From Myxococcales bacterium (GTDB lineage: Bacteria; Desulfobacterota; Binatia; HRBIN30), in NCBI GenBank assembly GCA_037445065.1, contig JBBILD010000011.1:32001-96000 (forward strand): a stretch of 64,000 nt of DNA, read 5' to 3'. This document shows, one piece after another, positions 9,204 to 20,574 of the stretch. The number at the start of each line of letters is the position of its first letter. Within the stretch, counting starts at the first letter, position 1. Below the pieces are notes generated by a model that was not told where the DNA came from, searched no databases, and saw nothing but the letters and a program-made list of their open reading frames with translations. The position numbers were made by a program, and so were the translations under genes.

Positions 9204-10142
9204 ATGCAACGGCAGCGGGAGCGCGGCTTTCATCAGTGGGTAGAAGCTTTTGCGCATCACTTGTTGGTTGAGCGAAACGCCTCGCCCAACACGGTTCGCG
9301 CGTACTTGGCAGATTTGCGCCAGTTTGGAGAATTCTGCTCCGAGCGGCTCTCAGGTTGGAGACAGGGAAGAGCCGACGTCACGCGCATCGAGCAAGACCA
9401 CGTTCGCGGGTTTTTGGCTTGGTCCATGAGCCAGCACGAAAAAAGTTCCGCGGCGCGCAAGCTCTCTGCTCTCAAGCGCTTTTTTGCCTTCCTCGAGAGC
9501 CGCGGTGTGCGCGCCGGGAATCCGGCCTCCGCTGTGCTGACGCCGAAGCAGGACAAGCGCCTGCCTGCGCACTTGACGGTGGACGACATGTTCCGCTTGC
9601 TCTCGGCTGCGGCGGAGGGCAACAGCTCCCCGGCGGCAGCGCGAGATCGGGCGATGCTCGAGGTGCTTTACTCCTGTGGGCTGCGAGTGAGTGAGCTGGT
9701 CGGGCTCGATTGGGCCGATGTAGACGAGCGCTTGGAGATGGTGCGGGTGAAGGGGAAGGGCGGCAAGCAGCGCATCGTCCCGATCGGGCGCAAGGCCCTC
9801 GAAGCGCTGGCAGCCTATCGGGAGAGCGTGGCCGAACTCTGCCCGCGTGGGGTACGCGATCCGGCGGCTGTTTTTCTCAACCGGCGCGGCACCCGCTTGA
9901 CTACCCGTTCGGTGGCCCGCTTGCTGGACGGGTACGTGTGCCGTGCTGGCCTCGCGACCAAGATCAGCCCGCACGCCGTTCGCCACAGCTTTGCCACCCA
10001 CTTGCTGAACGCGGGTGCCGACTTGCGGGCGATCCAAGAGCTGCTCGGGCACGCGAGCTTGTCCACCACGCAGCGCTACACCCACCTCGACCTCGACCAC
10101 CTGACCCGCGTCTACGACCGGACCCATCCGCGCGCGCAATGA
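9204..10142 (+). CDS. xerC: Tyrosine recombinase XerC
   Basis: 'GLRVSEL', 'GKGGK', '[12 protein letters not shown]', 'LLGH', 'TQRYT'; N-terminal 'SPNTVRAY'; xerC-hslV-hslU synteny. Confidence 0.88.
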   Translation: MQRQRERGFHQWVEAFAHHLLVERNASPNTVRAYLADLRQFGEFCSERLSGWRQGRADVTRIEQDHVRGFLAWSMSQHEKSSAARKLSALKRFFAFLESRGVRAGNPASAVLTPKQDKRLPAHLTVDDMFRLLSAAAEGNSSPAAARDRAMLEVLYSCGLRVSELVGLDWADVDERLEMVRVKGKGGKQRIVPIGRKALEALAAYRESVAELCPRGVRDPAAVFLNRRGTRLTTRSVARLLDGYVCRAGLATKISPHAVRHSFATHLLNAGADLRAIQELLGHASLSTTQRYTHLDLDHLTRVYDRTHPRAQ

Positions 10143-10165
10143 TGCTGGGAGCAAAAGGAGACCAT

Positions 10166-10699
10166 ATGCTCGCGATCCATGGCACGACGATTCTGGCGTT
10201 GCGGCACCGGGGCAAAACGGTGATGGCTGGAGACGGGCAAGTCAGCATGGGGCCCACGGTGCTCAAGAGCCATGCGCGGAAGGTACGCCGGATTTTCAAA
10301 GACCGGGTGCTGGCCGGCTTTGCGGGTGCCACAGCCGACGCCTTTACCCTGTTCGAAAAGTTCGAGCGGCAACTGGAACAGCATCAGGGGAACCTGCGCC
10401 GCTCGGCGGTCGAACTCGCTAAGGATTGGCGCACGGACCGCGTGCTACGCCGGCTCGAGGCGCTGCTCGTGGTTGCTGACCCGGAGACGTTGCTTGTGCT
10501 TTCAGGCAGCGGCGACGTGATCGAGCCGGATGAGCCAGTGGCGGGGATCGGTTCGGGGGGGAATTTCGCCTTGGCTGCGGCGCGCGCTTTGATGCGTTTT
10601 AGCTCCCTCGATGCCGCCGAGATTGCGAGCGAAGCGATGCGCATCGCCGCCTCCATCTGCGTGTACACCAACGACCACATCACTGTGGAGGTGCTGTAA
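10166..10699 (+). CDS. hslV: ATP-dependent protease peptidase subunit HslV
   Basis: 'HGTTILAL', 'AGDGQV', '[12 protein letters not shown]', 'DWRTDR', 'GSGG'; AAGGAG RBS. Confidence 0.97.
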   Translation: MLAIHGTTILALRHRGKTVMAGDGQVSMGPTVLKSHARKVRRIFKDRVLAGFAGATADAFTLFEKFERQLEQHQGNLRRSAVELAKDWRTDRVLRRLEALLVVADPETLLVLSGSGDVIEPDEPVAGIGSGGNFALAAARALMRFSSLDAAEIASEAMRIAASICVYTNDHITVEVL

Positions 10700-10792
10700 G
10701 GGCGGGGCACCTGTGGCTCGACTTGCAGCAACGAAAACTTTTCCGGGGAGAACATTGCACCGGGCGGGCAAAGTGGTACCAACAAGCCACGT

Positions 10793-12112
10793 ATGGGTTC
10801 GATGACACCGCGCGAAATCGTCTCCGAGTTGGACCGCTACATCGTCGGGCAAGCCAAGGCGAAGCGGGCAGTCGCCATTGCCCTGCGCAACCGCTGGCGG
10901 CGGCTGCAGGTGCCGGAAGAGTTGCGCGACGAGATCACACCGAAGAACATCATCATGATCGGTCCCACCGGAGTTGGGAAAACCGAGATTTCGCGCCGCT
11001 TAGCCAAGCTCGCGCAAGCACCGTTCATCAAAGTAGAAGCATCGAAGTTCACCGAGATCGGATACGTGGGCCGCGATGTGGAGTCCATCATTCGCGATCT
11101 GACCGACCTGGCGGTGAAGATGGTCAAGGACGAGGAACAAGAAAAAGTGAAGGTGCGAGCCCGCCAGTTAGCCGAGGAGCGGATCCTCGACATCTTGCTC
11201 CCAGGCTCCGCAGAGCGCGCCTATGAAACGGAGGCTTCCACACGCGAGAAGTTTCGGCGCATGCTGCGGGAGGGCGACCTCGACGACCGCATGATCGAAA
11301 TCGAAGTCACCAAGTCCGCCTTCCCGATGGTCGAGGTATTTGCGCCACAGGGAATGGAGGGCATGGAGTCGCAACTCAAAGACCTGTTTTCCTCGATCGC
11401 CCCCAAGCAAACGCAGAAGGAGTACATGCGGATCGAGGATGCGCTCGAGTACCTGGCGGAGGAAGAGGTCAACAAACTCGTAGACATGGAATGGGTCACG
11501 AAAGAAGCCATTCGCAGGGTGGAAGAGACCGGTATCGTGTTCATTGACGAAATTGACAAAATCGCCGGCGCGGAAAGTGGCACCGGTCCGGATGTGTCGC
11601 GGCGCGGGGTGCAGCGCGATTTGCTGCCACTGGTCGAAGGTTGCACGGTGAGCACAAAATACGGCATGGTGCGCACCGATCACATCTTGTTCATCGCGGC
11701 GGGTGCCTTTCACATGACCAAGCCGTCGGACCTCATCCCTGAATTCCAGGGGCGCTTTCCGATCCGGGTCGAACTGGAGCCTCTGACCAAGGAGGATTTT
11801 GTCCGGATCTTGACTGAGCCGCAAAACGCGATCCTCAAGCAGTACACGGCGCTGCTTGCGACCGAAGGTGTGTCGTTGCGCTTCTTGCCGGAAGCCGTGG
11901 AGGAAATCGCGGCGATCGCCGTGCAGGTCAACCAAACCGCCGAAGACATCGGTGCCCGCCGGCTTCACACCGTCGTCGAGCGCTTGCTGGAAAACCTTTC
12001 CTTCGACGCGCCTGACCGCAGTGGCGAAGAAGTGGTCATTGATGCCGCGTATGTGCGGCAGATGCTCGGCGACATTGTCAAAAATCAAGACTTGTCCCGT
12101 TACATCTTGTAG
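10793..12112 (+). CDS. hslU: ATP-dependent protease ATPase subunit HslU
   Basis: '[17 protein letters not shown]', Walker A 'GPTGVGKTE', 'GYVGRDVES', C-terminal 'DLSRYIL'. Confidence 0.97.
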   Translation: MGSMTPREIVSELDRYIVGQAKAKRAVAIALRNRWRRLQVPEELRDEITPKNIIMIGPTGVGKTEISRRLAKLAQAPFIKVEASKFTEIGYVGRDVESIIRDLTDLAVKMVKDEEQEKVKVRARQLAEERILDILLPGSAERAYETEASTREKFRRMLREGDLDDRMIEIEVTKSAFPMVEVFAPQGMEGMESQLKDLFSSIAPKQTQKEYMRIEDALEYLAEEEVNKLVDMEWVTKEAIRRVEETGIVFIDEIDKIAGAESGTGPDVSRRGVQRDLLPLVEGCTVSTKYGMVRTDHILFIAAGAFHMTKPSDLIPEFQGRFPIRVELEPLTKEDFVRILTEPQNAILKQYTALLATEGVSLRFLPEAVEEIAAIAVQVNQTAEDIGARRLHTVVERLLENLSFDAPDRSGEEVVIDAAYVRQMLGDIVKNQDLSRYIL

Positions 12113-13063
<951 letters not shown>

Positions 13064-13097
13064 CCAGCCAGTTTTCTCCGCAACGATTGGGCTCGCC

Positions 13098-14282
13098 ATG
13101 ACGAGTCGCGAAGTCATTGCTCGCAACGAGCGGTATTTGTTCCCGGTTTACCCGCGCGCGCCTCTGGTGCTGGTGCGCGGCGAGGGTTGCCGCGTCTGGG
13201 ATGCGGACGGGAAAGAGTATCTGGACTTCTTCTCGAGCACGGTGGTGACCAACCTGGGCCACGCCCACCCGCGCGTCACCGCAGCGCTTTACGAGCAGGC
13301 GCGCAAGATTCTGCACGTTTCCAATTTGCACCACAGTGTCCCGCAAGGGGAACTGGCCGAGTTGTTGTGCACGCACTCGTTTGCCGATCGGGTTTTTCTC
13401 TGCAACAGCGGCGCCGAGGCCAACGAGGCGGCGATCAAACTGGCGCGGCGTTTTGGCGCCGAGAAGCGAAACGGCCGTTTCGAAATCATTACCATGTACA
13501 ACTCGTTCCACGGCCGCACCTTGGCGACCCTCACGGCCACCGGGCAGGAGAAAGTGCGGATCGGGTTCGAGCCGCTCCCCGCGGGCTTTCGCTACGTGCC
13601 GTTCAACGACTTTGCGGCCTTGGAGGCTACCGCCAGCGAGAAAACCGTGGCGGTGATGCTGGAGGTCGTGCAGGCCGAGGGTGGCATTGTGGTTGCCGAC
13701 CCGGACTACCTGCAGGCGGTCCGCCGCTGGTGTGATGAGCGCGGGGTGTTGTTGATTTTCGACGAGGTGCAAACCGGGGCAGGGCGCCTGGGCAAGTTGT
13801 GGGGATACGAGACCTTCGGAGTCGAGCCAGATATCCTCACCGCGGCTAAAGGCCTTGGAAACGGCGTTCCCATTGGCGCCATGCTGGCTCGCCAAGAGGT
13901 GGCGGAGGTGTTTGCGCTAGGCGCGCACGGCTCGACCTTTGGCGGCAATGCCCTGGCTTGTGCCGCCGCGGTAGCCACCGTGCGCTCGTTGCTCGAAGAC
14001 GGTGTCTTGGCGCATGCGGAGCAGCAAGGACACTACCTGCAGGAGCGGCTGGCGGAGCTGCAGGAACGTTGCCGGCGCATCCGAGCGGTGCGGGGGCGCG
14101 GCTTGTTGTGGGGACTGGAGCTGGATGGTCCGGGAGCCTTCGCCGTAGATGCGGCCCGCGACCGCGGGCTCATCATCAATTGCACCGCGGAGCGCGTGCT
14201 GCGCTTGGCCCCGCCGCTGATTGTGGCTCGCGCAGAGATTGACCAGGCTGTAGAGGTGCTTGCCGAGGTGCTGATCGGATGA
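13098..14282 (+). CDS. argD: Acetylornithine aminotransferase
   Basis: 'NSGAEANEAAIKLAR', 'FHGRT', 'DEVQTG', 'AKGLGNG', 'HGSTFGGN'; arg operon context. Confidence 0.93.
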   Translation: MTSREVIARNERYLFPVYPRAPLVLVRGEGCRVWDADGKEYLDFFSSTVVTNLGHAHPRVTAALYEQARKILHVSNLHHSVPQGELAELLCTHSFADRVFLCNSGAEANEAAIKLARRFGAEKRNGRFEIITMYNSFHGRTLATLTATGQEKVRIGFEPLPAGFRYVPFNDFAALEATASEKTVAVMLEVVQAEGGIVVADPDYLQAVRRWCDERGVLLIFDEVQTGAGRLGKLWGYETFGVEPDILTAAKGLGNGVPIGAMLARQEVAEVFALGAHGSTFGGNALACAAAVATVRSLLEDGVLAHAEQQGHYLQERLAELQERCRRIRAVRGRGLLWGLELDGPGAFAVDAARDRGLIINCTAERVLRLAPPLIVARAEIDQAVEVLAEVLIG

Positions 14283-15235
14283 AACGAGACTTCTTGTCGC
14301 TGCTCGATTTCGACCGCGGCGAACTGGAAGAAATGCTCGCCTTGGCCGCTGAACTCAAGCGCAAGTGGCAGCAGGGAAAAGCGCACAGTCTGCTCAAAGG
14401 GCGCGTGCTGGCCATGATTTTCGAGAAGCCGAGCTTGCGCACGCGCGTAACCTTCGAGACCGGTATGTTTCAGTTGGGCGGGTATGCGGTCTGCTTGACC
14501 CCGAGCGACATCCGCCTCGGCGAGCGAGAAACCGTGGCCGATGCAGCCCGCAATTTGGAGCGGTGGGTGGACGCCATCATGGCCCGCACCTACGCCCACG
14601 AGACGTTGGAGGAACTCGCACGGCACGCACGCGTGCCGGTGATCAATGGCCTCTCGGATCGCCTCCACCCCTGCCAGGTGCTGGCCGACTGTTTCACCCT
14701 GCGCGAGAAGGGCCGCTCACTCGAGGGCTTGCGCATCGCGTTCGTGGGAGATGGCAACAACATGGCCCACTCGTGGATGAACGCTGCGGCTCGCTTCGGG
14801 TTCGATTTTGTGCTGGCTTGCCCGCAGGGGTACGATCCCGACCCAGCGATCGTCGAGCGGGCGCGCGCCGAGGGGGCACGCATCGAGATCCTGCGCGATC
14901 CGGCGCAAGCCGTGCGTGACGCAGATGTGGTATACACGGACACCTGGACCAGTATGGGACAAGAGGCAGAGGCAGTGGTGCGGCGGCAAGCGTTTGCGGA
15001 GTTCCAGGTCAACGAGCCGCTCGTTGCCTTGGCGCGGCCGGACGCTTTGGTGATGCATTGCTTGCCTGCCCACCGTGGGGAGGAGATTACGGACGCGGTG
15101 CTCGACAGCCCTCGTTCGATCGTGTTCGACCAGGCGGAAAATCGCCTGCACGTGCAGAAAGCGATTCTGGTGTGGCTGCTCCGCCGCCATCCGCAGCGAC
15201 GGGGCGGGCAAGCGAGCAAAGCGAACAATCGGTGA
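14279..15235 (+). CDS. argF: Ornithine carbamoyltransferase
   Basis: 'FEKPSLRTR', 'HPCQ', 'SMG', 'HCLP', 'QAENR'. Confidence 0.96.
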   Translation: MKRDFLSLLDFDRGELEEMLALAAELKRKWQQGKAHSLLKGRVLAMIFEKPSLRTRVTFETGMFQLGGYAVCLTPSDIRLGERETVADAARNLERWVDAIMARTYAHETLEELARHARVPVINGLSDRLHPCQVLADCFTLREKGRSLEGLRIAFVGDGNNMAHSWMNAAARFGFDFVLACPQGYDPDPAIVERARAEGARIEILRDPAQAVRDADVVYTDTWTSMGQEAEAVVRRQAFAEFQVNEPLVALARPDALVMHCLPAHRGEEITDAVLDSPRSIVFDQAENRLHVQKAILVWLLRRHPQRRGGQASKANNR

Positions 15236-15252
15236 TCTCCGAGGAAAGACGC

Positions 15253-16458
15253 ATGAATCAGCCGAGAAAAGTCGTATTGGCATACTCCGGTGGGCTCGAC
15301 ACGTCGGTGATCCTGCGCTGGCTCATCGACACGTACGGATGCGAGGTGTTGGCGTTTTGTGCCGATTTGGGGCAGGGCGAAGAACTCGCCCCTGTTGAAG
15401 AAAAGGCAAGGCGGACCGGGGCGAGCAAAGTCTACATCGAAGACCTGCGCGAGGAGTTCGTACGCGATTTCGTGTTCCCCATGTTGCGCGCCAACGCAGT
15501 CTACGAAGGCGGCTACCTGCTCGGGACCTCGATAGCGCGCCCGCTCATCGCCAAGCGACAAATCGAGATCGCTACCCGCGAGGGCGCGGATGCGGTGGCT
15601 CACGGGGCTACTGGGAAGGGCAACGATCAGGTTCGGTTCGAGTTGACCTACTATGCCCTGCGCCCGGACATTCAGGTGATTGCTCCTTGGCGCGTGTGGG
15701 AGCTGACCTCGCGCTCGAAACTGATCGAATTTGCCGAGCGGCACCGAATCCCGGTTCCGGTTACGGTTGAGAAGCCGTACAGTACAGACCGCAACTTGTT
15801 CCATATCAGCTACGAAGGGGGCATTCTGGAAGACCCGTGGCGCGAGCCGTACGAGGATATGTTCCAACTCACGGTGGCGCCGGAGCGCGCTCCCGATCAG
15901 CCTGAGTACGTGGAAATCGAGTACGAACGGGGAAACCCGGTAGCGGTGAACGGCGAGCGGCTCACGCCCGCCGGGCTGCTAGCGCGGCTCAACGAAATCG
16001 GCGGCCGCCATGGGATTGGCCGCGTTGACATCGTGGAAAACCGGTACGTCGGCATGAAATCGCGCGGGGTGTACGAAACACCGGGGGGTACGCTCCTGCA
16101 CCTCGCCCATCGGGCGGTGGAATCGCTGACCTTGGATCGGGAGGTGCTGCACCTGCGCGACAGCTTGATTCCGCGATACGCCGAGATGGTGTACTACGGG
16201 TACTGGTTTGCTCCTGAACGCGAGGCGCTTCAGGCTCTGATCGACCAGGCGCAAGAGGCGGTCACGGGTACGGCCCGCCTCAAACTGTACAAGGGCTCGG
16301 CCGTCGTCGTGGGAAGAAAGTCGCCGCATTCCTTGTACCGGCCCGACATCGCGACCTTTGAGGCGGGCTCTGGCTACCGTCAAGCCGACGCCGAAGGCTT
16401 CATCCGCCTCAACGCACTGCGCTTGCGAATCGCGGGGCAGCGCCGCACCGATCCTTGA
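15253..16458 (+). CDS. argG: Argininosuccinate synthase
   Basis: '[10 protein letters not shown]', '[14 protein letters not shown]', 'SRGVYETPG'. Confidence 0.97.
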   Translation: MNQPRKVVLAYSGGLDTSVILRWLIDTYGCEVLAFCADLGQGEELAPVEEKARRTGASKVYIEDLREEFVRDFVFPMLRANAVYEGGYLLGTSIARPLIAKRQIEIATREGADAVAHGATGKGNDQVRFELTYYALRPDIQVIAPWRVWELTSRSKLIEFAERHRIPVPVTVEKPYSTDRNLFHISYEGGILEDPWREPYEDMFQLTVAPERAPDQPEYVEIEYERGNPVAVNGERLTPAGLLARLNEIGGRHGIGRVDIVENRYVGMKSRGVYETPGGTLLHLAHRAVESLTLDREVLHLRDSLIPRYAEMVYYGYWFAPEREALQALIDQAQEAVTGTARLKLYKGSAVVVGRKSPHSLYRPDIATFEAGSGYRQADAEGFIRLNALRLRIAGQRRTDP

Positions 16459-16473
16459 CTCCGTTCCCCCGAT

Positions 16474-17532
16474 ATGAAGGTTGGGATTGCTGGTTTTCCT
16501 CGCAGCGGAAAGACCACGCTGTTCGCAGCGCTCACCGGGCAGGAGGTCGAGCCGGGCAAGTTCGGCGAGGTGGGCGCTCTCCGGCTGGGAACGATCAAGG
16601 TGCCCGATGCACGTGTGGACGAATTGGCGCGCCGTTTTCGCCCGCGCAAAGTGACGTACGCTGAGATCGTCTTCGCTGACTTCCCTGCGCCGGCAATGCA
16701 CGGCGAGGACAAGCCGCATGCGCTCGACGCCACCACCATTACGCACATGCGCGACGTGGATGCGTTGGTGCAGGTGGTGCGGGGCTTCCCCGATCCGCTC
16801 ACGGCCGAGCCACCGCGGCCGCTTGCCGATCTCGAGGCGTTCAAGGGAGAACTCATTCTCAACGACCTTGCCATCGTGGAGCGGCGCTTGGAGCGGCTCA
16901 AAAAAGAAAAAGGCCGAGAGCGCGAGCGCGCTTTGCTGGAACGGTGCCGGGCCGCGCTGGAGCAGGAAGTCGCCTTGCGCCGTCTGGAATTCGCGCCCGA
17001 AGAAGCCACTAGCTTGGCGGGCTTCGCCTTCTTGTCCCGGCGGCCGTTGATGGTGGTGTGGAACGTGAGCGAATCCTCGGCCGGTGCGCCGATGCCCCCT
17101 GACATGCAGCAGTGGCTCGAGCGGGAGCAACTGCAGGGGTTGGTCCTGGCCGGCAAAATCGAAATGGAGATTGCTCAGCTTGCGGAGGCAGACCGTGCCG
17201 CGTTTCTGGCCGACCTGGGCGTGGAGAGTTCGGCGCGAGACCGCTTCATCCGCGCTGCCTATGGGCTGCTCGATTTGATCAGTTTTCTGACTGCCGGAGA
17301 GGATGAAGTACGAGCCTGGACCATTCGGCGTGGTACCGCTGCCGTCAAAGCCGCGGGCAAGATCCACAGCGACATCGAGCGTGGCTTTATCCGAGCGGAA
17401 GTGCTGGCCTTCGAAGATTTCGTTGCGTTTGGAAGCGAAGCAAAAGCGCGCGAAGCAGGTCGCTTGCGCTTAGAGGGTAAAGACTACGTCGTGCGCGACG
17501 GCGACATCATCCACTTTCGCTTTCACGTTTGA
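16474..17532 (+). CDS. ychF: YchF/OLA1-family ATPase, divergent
   Basis: 'KVPDARVD', G4 'NVSE', C-terminal 'AAGKIHSDIERGFIRAEV...EGKDYVVRDGDIIHFRF'; P-loop and switch regions are non-canonical. Confidence 0.8.
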   Translation: MKVGIAGFPRSGKTTLFAALTGQEVEPGKFGEVGALRLGTIKVPDARVDELARRFRPRKVTYAEIVFADFPAPAMHGEDKPHALDATTITHMRDVDALVQVVRGFPDPLTAEPPRPLADLEAFKGELILNDLAIVERRLERLKKEKGRERERALLERCRAALEQEVALRRLEFAPEEATSLAGFAFLSRRPLMVVWNVSESSAGAPMPPDMQQWLEREQLQGLVLAGKIEMEIAQLAEADRAAFLADLGVESSARDRFIRAAYGLLDLISFLTAGEDEVRAWTIRRGTAAVKAAGKIHSDIERGFIRAEVLAFEDFVAFGSEAKAREAGRLRLEGKDYVVRDGDIIHFRFHV

Positions 17533-17629
17533 GGCGGTTTGGCTCACCCGGTGGGCTGCGGTCTCTCCCTCCCCATTGCCGGGTACGAGCCGGCAACCTC
17601 TCCCGTCGCGACCCAATCGTGCATGCGGC

Positions 17630-19186
17630 TTACGCCGAGCGCTGCTTTTTCCGGTACGGCGCGCCCGCCGCAGTGAGGAACATGACGCTCCTTCCAGCTG
17701 CATGCGGGGAGAAAAACTGTACGACGTCGTCGTCGAAGAAGGTGAGTCCGGTGGCGCCGATTCCCATGCTGAAAGCCGCCAGGTAGATTTTTCCGCCGGC
17801 AATCCCGCCTTCGAGCTGGGCGGCTCGGTAACCACGATTACCAAAAGCGGGGAGGATCCGGTGGAGGTCGGCTAGGTGGTACACATTGAGCGCAGCGTCT
17901 GCGGCCAATGCCTGGCCGAGCGCGAGCTGGCCCGCAACGGTCCGGAAAGAGCCTGACCGCAACGAATGTACTGCCAGCGGTGCGCGCTGGAGGAAGTAAC
18001 CCCCCGGCGCGACTCCCTCGACCGCGTGAACAATGAGGTAGGGATCGGTCAGTGGGATACGCTGCTGAAAGTCGGCGGGAATGCGAGTGGTCGCGGCGCG
18101 GAGCACAGCATTCCAGGCCTGCGGCGAAATGGCATCTCGCGAGAAACGCCGGGTCGAGCCGCGGCGGAGAATCACTGCTTCGATGGGATCGGCCGGCATC
18201 CGGGGAAGTTCGGGGAGGAGATTCGCGGCTGCCGCGGGTGTTACCGGCGGCGGTGTCGGGGTCGGTCCGGTACGCGCCGCCTGCTGCCAGCGCTCGACGT
18301 CCGCAGCCGTTTCCAGGCTGGAGGCAGCATGCATGCGCGTGATTTCGGGGAACTCGATTTCTTTGCGGGACACAGGTTGCACCTTCGGATGCAGCGCTGC
18401 CAACGAAGGTGAGGGTGGGGGTTCGCTCTCTTGGTGCCCCAAGCCCACGATCGCAAGTGCTGCTTCCTGCCGCGGGTCTACGGCGAGCAAGTGGTTGATG
18501 GTGCTGTCGATAAATCCGAGGACCAGCGCGTACCGCAAACCAGTGGCAGCCGCCAGCGCAAACAAATTGGCGAGCAGCGTACCACAGTCCCAATAGGCGT
18601 GTCGGTAGGCGCGTTCCCGGTACTTCCAGGCATTTCGCCAAAACGTGCTGGTGCACACGATCAACACAGGGGAGTTGGCCAGGGCGGGCACTTGCCCGGC
18701 TGCTTCCAGCACGTAACGGCGGAAGTCTCCGGAACGGAGTTGGCGCAGGGCGAAGTCATGAGGTCCGAAGTGGTAGAGTCCTGCTTCCAGATCCGGAAGG
18801 CGCCCGCACACGAGGTAGAGGTCAATATGATGCAGGTTCCCCGTGCAGGCAGCGGCGCGGTAAGCGATCGTCAGCTCGCCGTATTGGCGGACCCGTACCA
18901 CCCCGGCAGTGAAAAACAACAGCCGGGCAAGGGCGCGGCGGTCTAAGCGCACGCCCTGCTGCCAGGAGTTGCCGTCGTGCAAAACGGCCGCGAGCGCCGG
19001 GGTGCGAGACGTTTCCCAGTCGGTCGGAAGCGCCTCTGCGGGCAGGCCCTCATAGATTTTGAACGGGAGCGGGTAGTTGTCCCAGTCCAGGCGGTGGGGC
19101 GAACGTTGGATACTTTCCCAAGAATGACTGGTGACTCGATGGTAGTGCCAGCCGGCCTGGGTTTGCCAATTCGCCGTCTCGCTCAT
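17630..19186 (-). CDS. SagB/ThcOx-type tandem nitroreductase-domain dehydrogenase
   Basis: 'LDWDNYPLPFKIY', 'RAAACTGNLH', 'WKYRERAYRH', second domain 'RRGSTRRF', 'GIGATGLTFFDD'. Confidence 0.85.
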   Translation of the reverse strand: MSETANWQTQAGWHYHRVTSHSWESIQRSPHRLDWDNYPLPFKIYEGLPAEALPTDWETSRTPALAAVLHDGNSWQQGVRLDRRALARLLFFTAGVVRVRQYGELTIAYRAAACTGNLHHIDLYLVCGRLPDLEAGLYHFGPHDFALRQLRSGDFRRYVLEAAGQVPALANSPVLIVCTSTFWRNAWKYRERAYRHAYWDCGTLLANLFALAAATGLRYALVLGFIDSTINHLLAVDPRQEAALAIVGLGHQESEPPPSPSLAALHPKVQPVSRKEIEFPEITRMHAASSLETAADVERWQQAARTGPTPTPPPVTPAAAANLLPELPRMPADPIEAVILRRGSTRRFSRDAISPQAWNAVLRAATTRIPADFQQRIPLTDPYLIVHAVEGVAPGGYFLQRAPLAVHSLRSGSFRTVAGQLALGQALAADAALNVYHLADLHRILPAFGNRGYRAAQLEGGIAGGKIYLAAFSMGIGATGLTFFDDDVVQFFSPHAAGRSVMFLTAAGAPYRKKQRSA

Positions 19187-19331
19187 GCTCGGCTGCGTAG
19201 CCTTCGTCGAGAGCTTGTCCAACACCGGGCGCAGGGAGCCATTGGCTGTTAGCGCCCTGGCGAGCGGAAAAAGCCGATGCAAGCCGCGAATCCTTGGGAT
19301 AAGTAAGGCAACAAAACGGATCGCAATGCCC

Positions 19332-19607
19332 ATGGAAGAGCCACCGGCACGAAGTTGTGCGTATTGTGGCCGTCTAGTGCGCGGCACGCTGCACTGGCGC
19401 GATACGTACCGTGTCGGCTTTCACTTTTTATATACGGGCGAGGTGGAGAGAGAACGCATGGCGGCGGATGACTACGGGGAACCGCGGTTCCTGGTCCGAT
19501 TGTTGCGCCCGCGCGTGGTGTACGCCTGCCTCGACTGTTACGCGCGCCCGGACGTGCAGCGCTATTGGGACCAGTGGGAGAGCGGGCTGCAGCCTGTAGA
19601 AGAGTAG
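19332..19607 (+). CDS. Small hypothetical zinc-ribbon-like protein
   Basis: CAYC and CLDC pairs; stops 12 nt before the MEMO1 start; alternative ATG at 19326. Confidence 0.65.
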   Translation: MEEPPARSCAYCGRLVRGTLHWRDTYRVGFHFLYTGEVERERMAADDYGEPRFLVRLLRPRVVYACLDCYARPDVQRYWDQWESGLQPVEE

Positions 19608-19619
19608 GGGAGGCAGCGC

Positions 19620-20480
19620 ATGCGCATCCACGATGCCGGCCTTGCCGGCCGGTGGTATCCGGGAGACCCTGGTGGCTTGCGGGCCGAGGTGACCCGCATG
19701 TTGGCGGCGGTGCGGCGCACCATGCTCGAGCGGCCACGGGCGCTAGTCGTTCCGCATGCGGGCTACATGTACTCGGGACGGGTGGCAGCTCATGCTTACG
19801 CGTTGCTGCAAGGAGTTCCCTTCCGCCGCGTCCTCCTGCTCGCTCCCAGCCACTATGCGAGCTTTCGCGGCGCGGCGACCCTGAACTTCGATGCGTTTCG
19901 GACCCCGCTCGGCTTGGTGAGGATCGAGCGCGAGTCGGAAGAGGAGCTGCGCCGCTGCCGGCTCGTACGGGACTTCGAGGAGGCATACGAGTCCGAGCAC
20001 TCGCTGGAGATCCAGTTGCCGTTTTTGCAGGTGGCGTTGCCCGATGTGCCGGTGGTCCCGCTACTGATCGGCCGTCTGAGCCGGGACGACGTGGTCGAAT
20101 TCGCCGCCTCTCTGCGGCCGTGGTACGAGCCAGAAACTCTCATCGTGGTGAGCTCCGACTTTACGCACTATGGCGCGCGTTTCGACTACTTGCCGTTCCC
20201 ACCGCGCGATGCGGCTAGCGTGCAAGCACGGCTGCACGAGCTGGATGCGGGCGCACTGGCGGCCGTTTGCGCGGGGGACGTGGACGCGCTCGACCGCTAC
20301 ATCGACAGCACAGGAGCCACCATTTGCGGGCGTTACCCGTTGCTCGCCTTCCTTGCCTTGCATCGGCGGCGCAGTGAAGGACGCTTACTGTGCTACGCCA
20401 CCTCGCTGGAGGTCACGGGCGACTTCGAGCACGTGGTGAGTTACGCCGCGGTCGCTTTTCCCGAGCCGGAAGCGGTTTGA
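19620..20480 (+). CDS. amrB: AmmeMemoRadiSam system protein B (MEMO1 family)
   Basis: 'AGRWYP', 'VPHAGYMYSG', 'APSH', 'EHSLEIQLPFLQ', 'SSDFTHYG', 'TICG', 'VVSYAA'. Confidence 0.92.
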   Translation: MRIHDAGLAGRWYPGDPGGLRAEVTRMLAAVRRTMLERPRALVVPHAGYMYSGRVAAHAYALLQGVPFRRVLLLAPSHYASFRGAATLNFDAFRTPLGLVRIERESEEELRRCRLVRDFEEAYESEHSLEIQLPFLQVALPDVPVVPLLIGRLSRDDVVEFAASLRPWYEPETLIVVSSDFTHYGARFDYLPFPPRDAASVQARLHELDAGALAAVCAGDVDALDRYIDSTGATICGRYPLLAFLALHRRRSEGRLLCYATSLEVTGDFEHVVSYAAVAFPEPEAV

Positions 20481-20574
20481 CGCTCCTCTCGGTGCAGCTC
20501 CGTGGGCACATTCGTGGAGCGGCGCTGTCTGGTGCACCTCGGGCGTCTGCGATATACGGCAGGCACACGGAGGT

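Noticed and set aside
9204..10142. Tyrosine recombinase as a phage or island integrase
   Set aside because: It sits in the housekeeping xerC-hslV-hslU-arg block; no att repeats, tRNA or mobile genes nearby
17630..19186. SagB-type dehydrogenase as part of a RiPP/azole cluster
   Set aside because: No YcaO, precursor peptide or dedicated transporter nearby; stand-alone tandem nitroreductases are common
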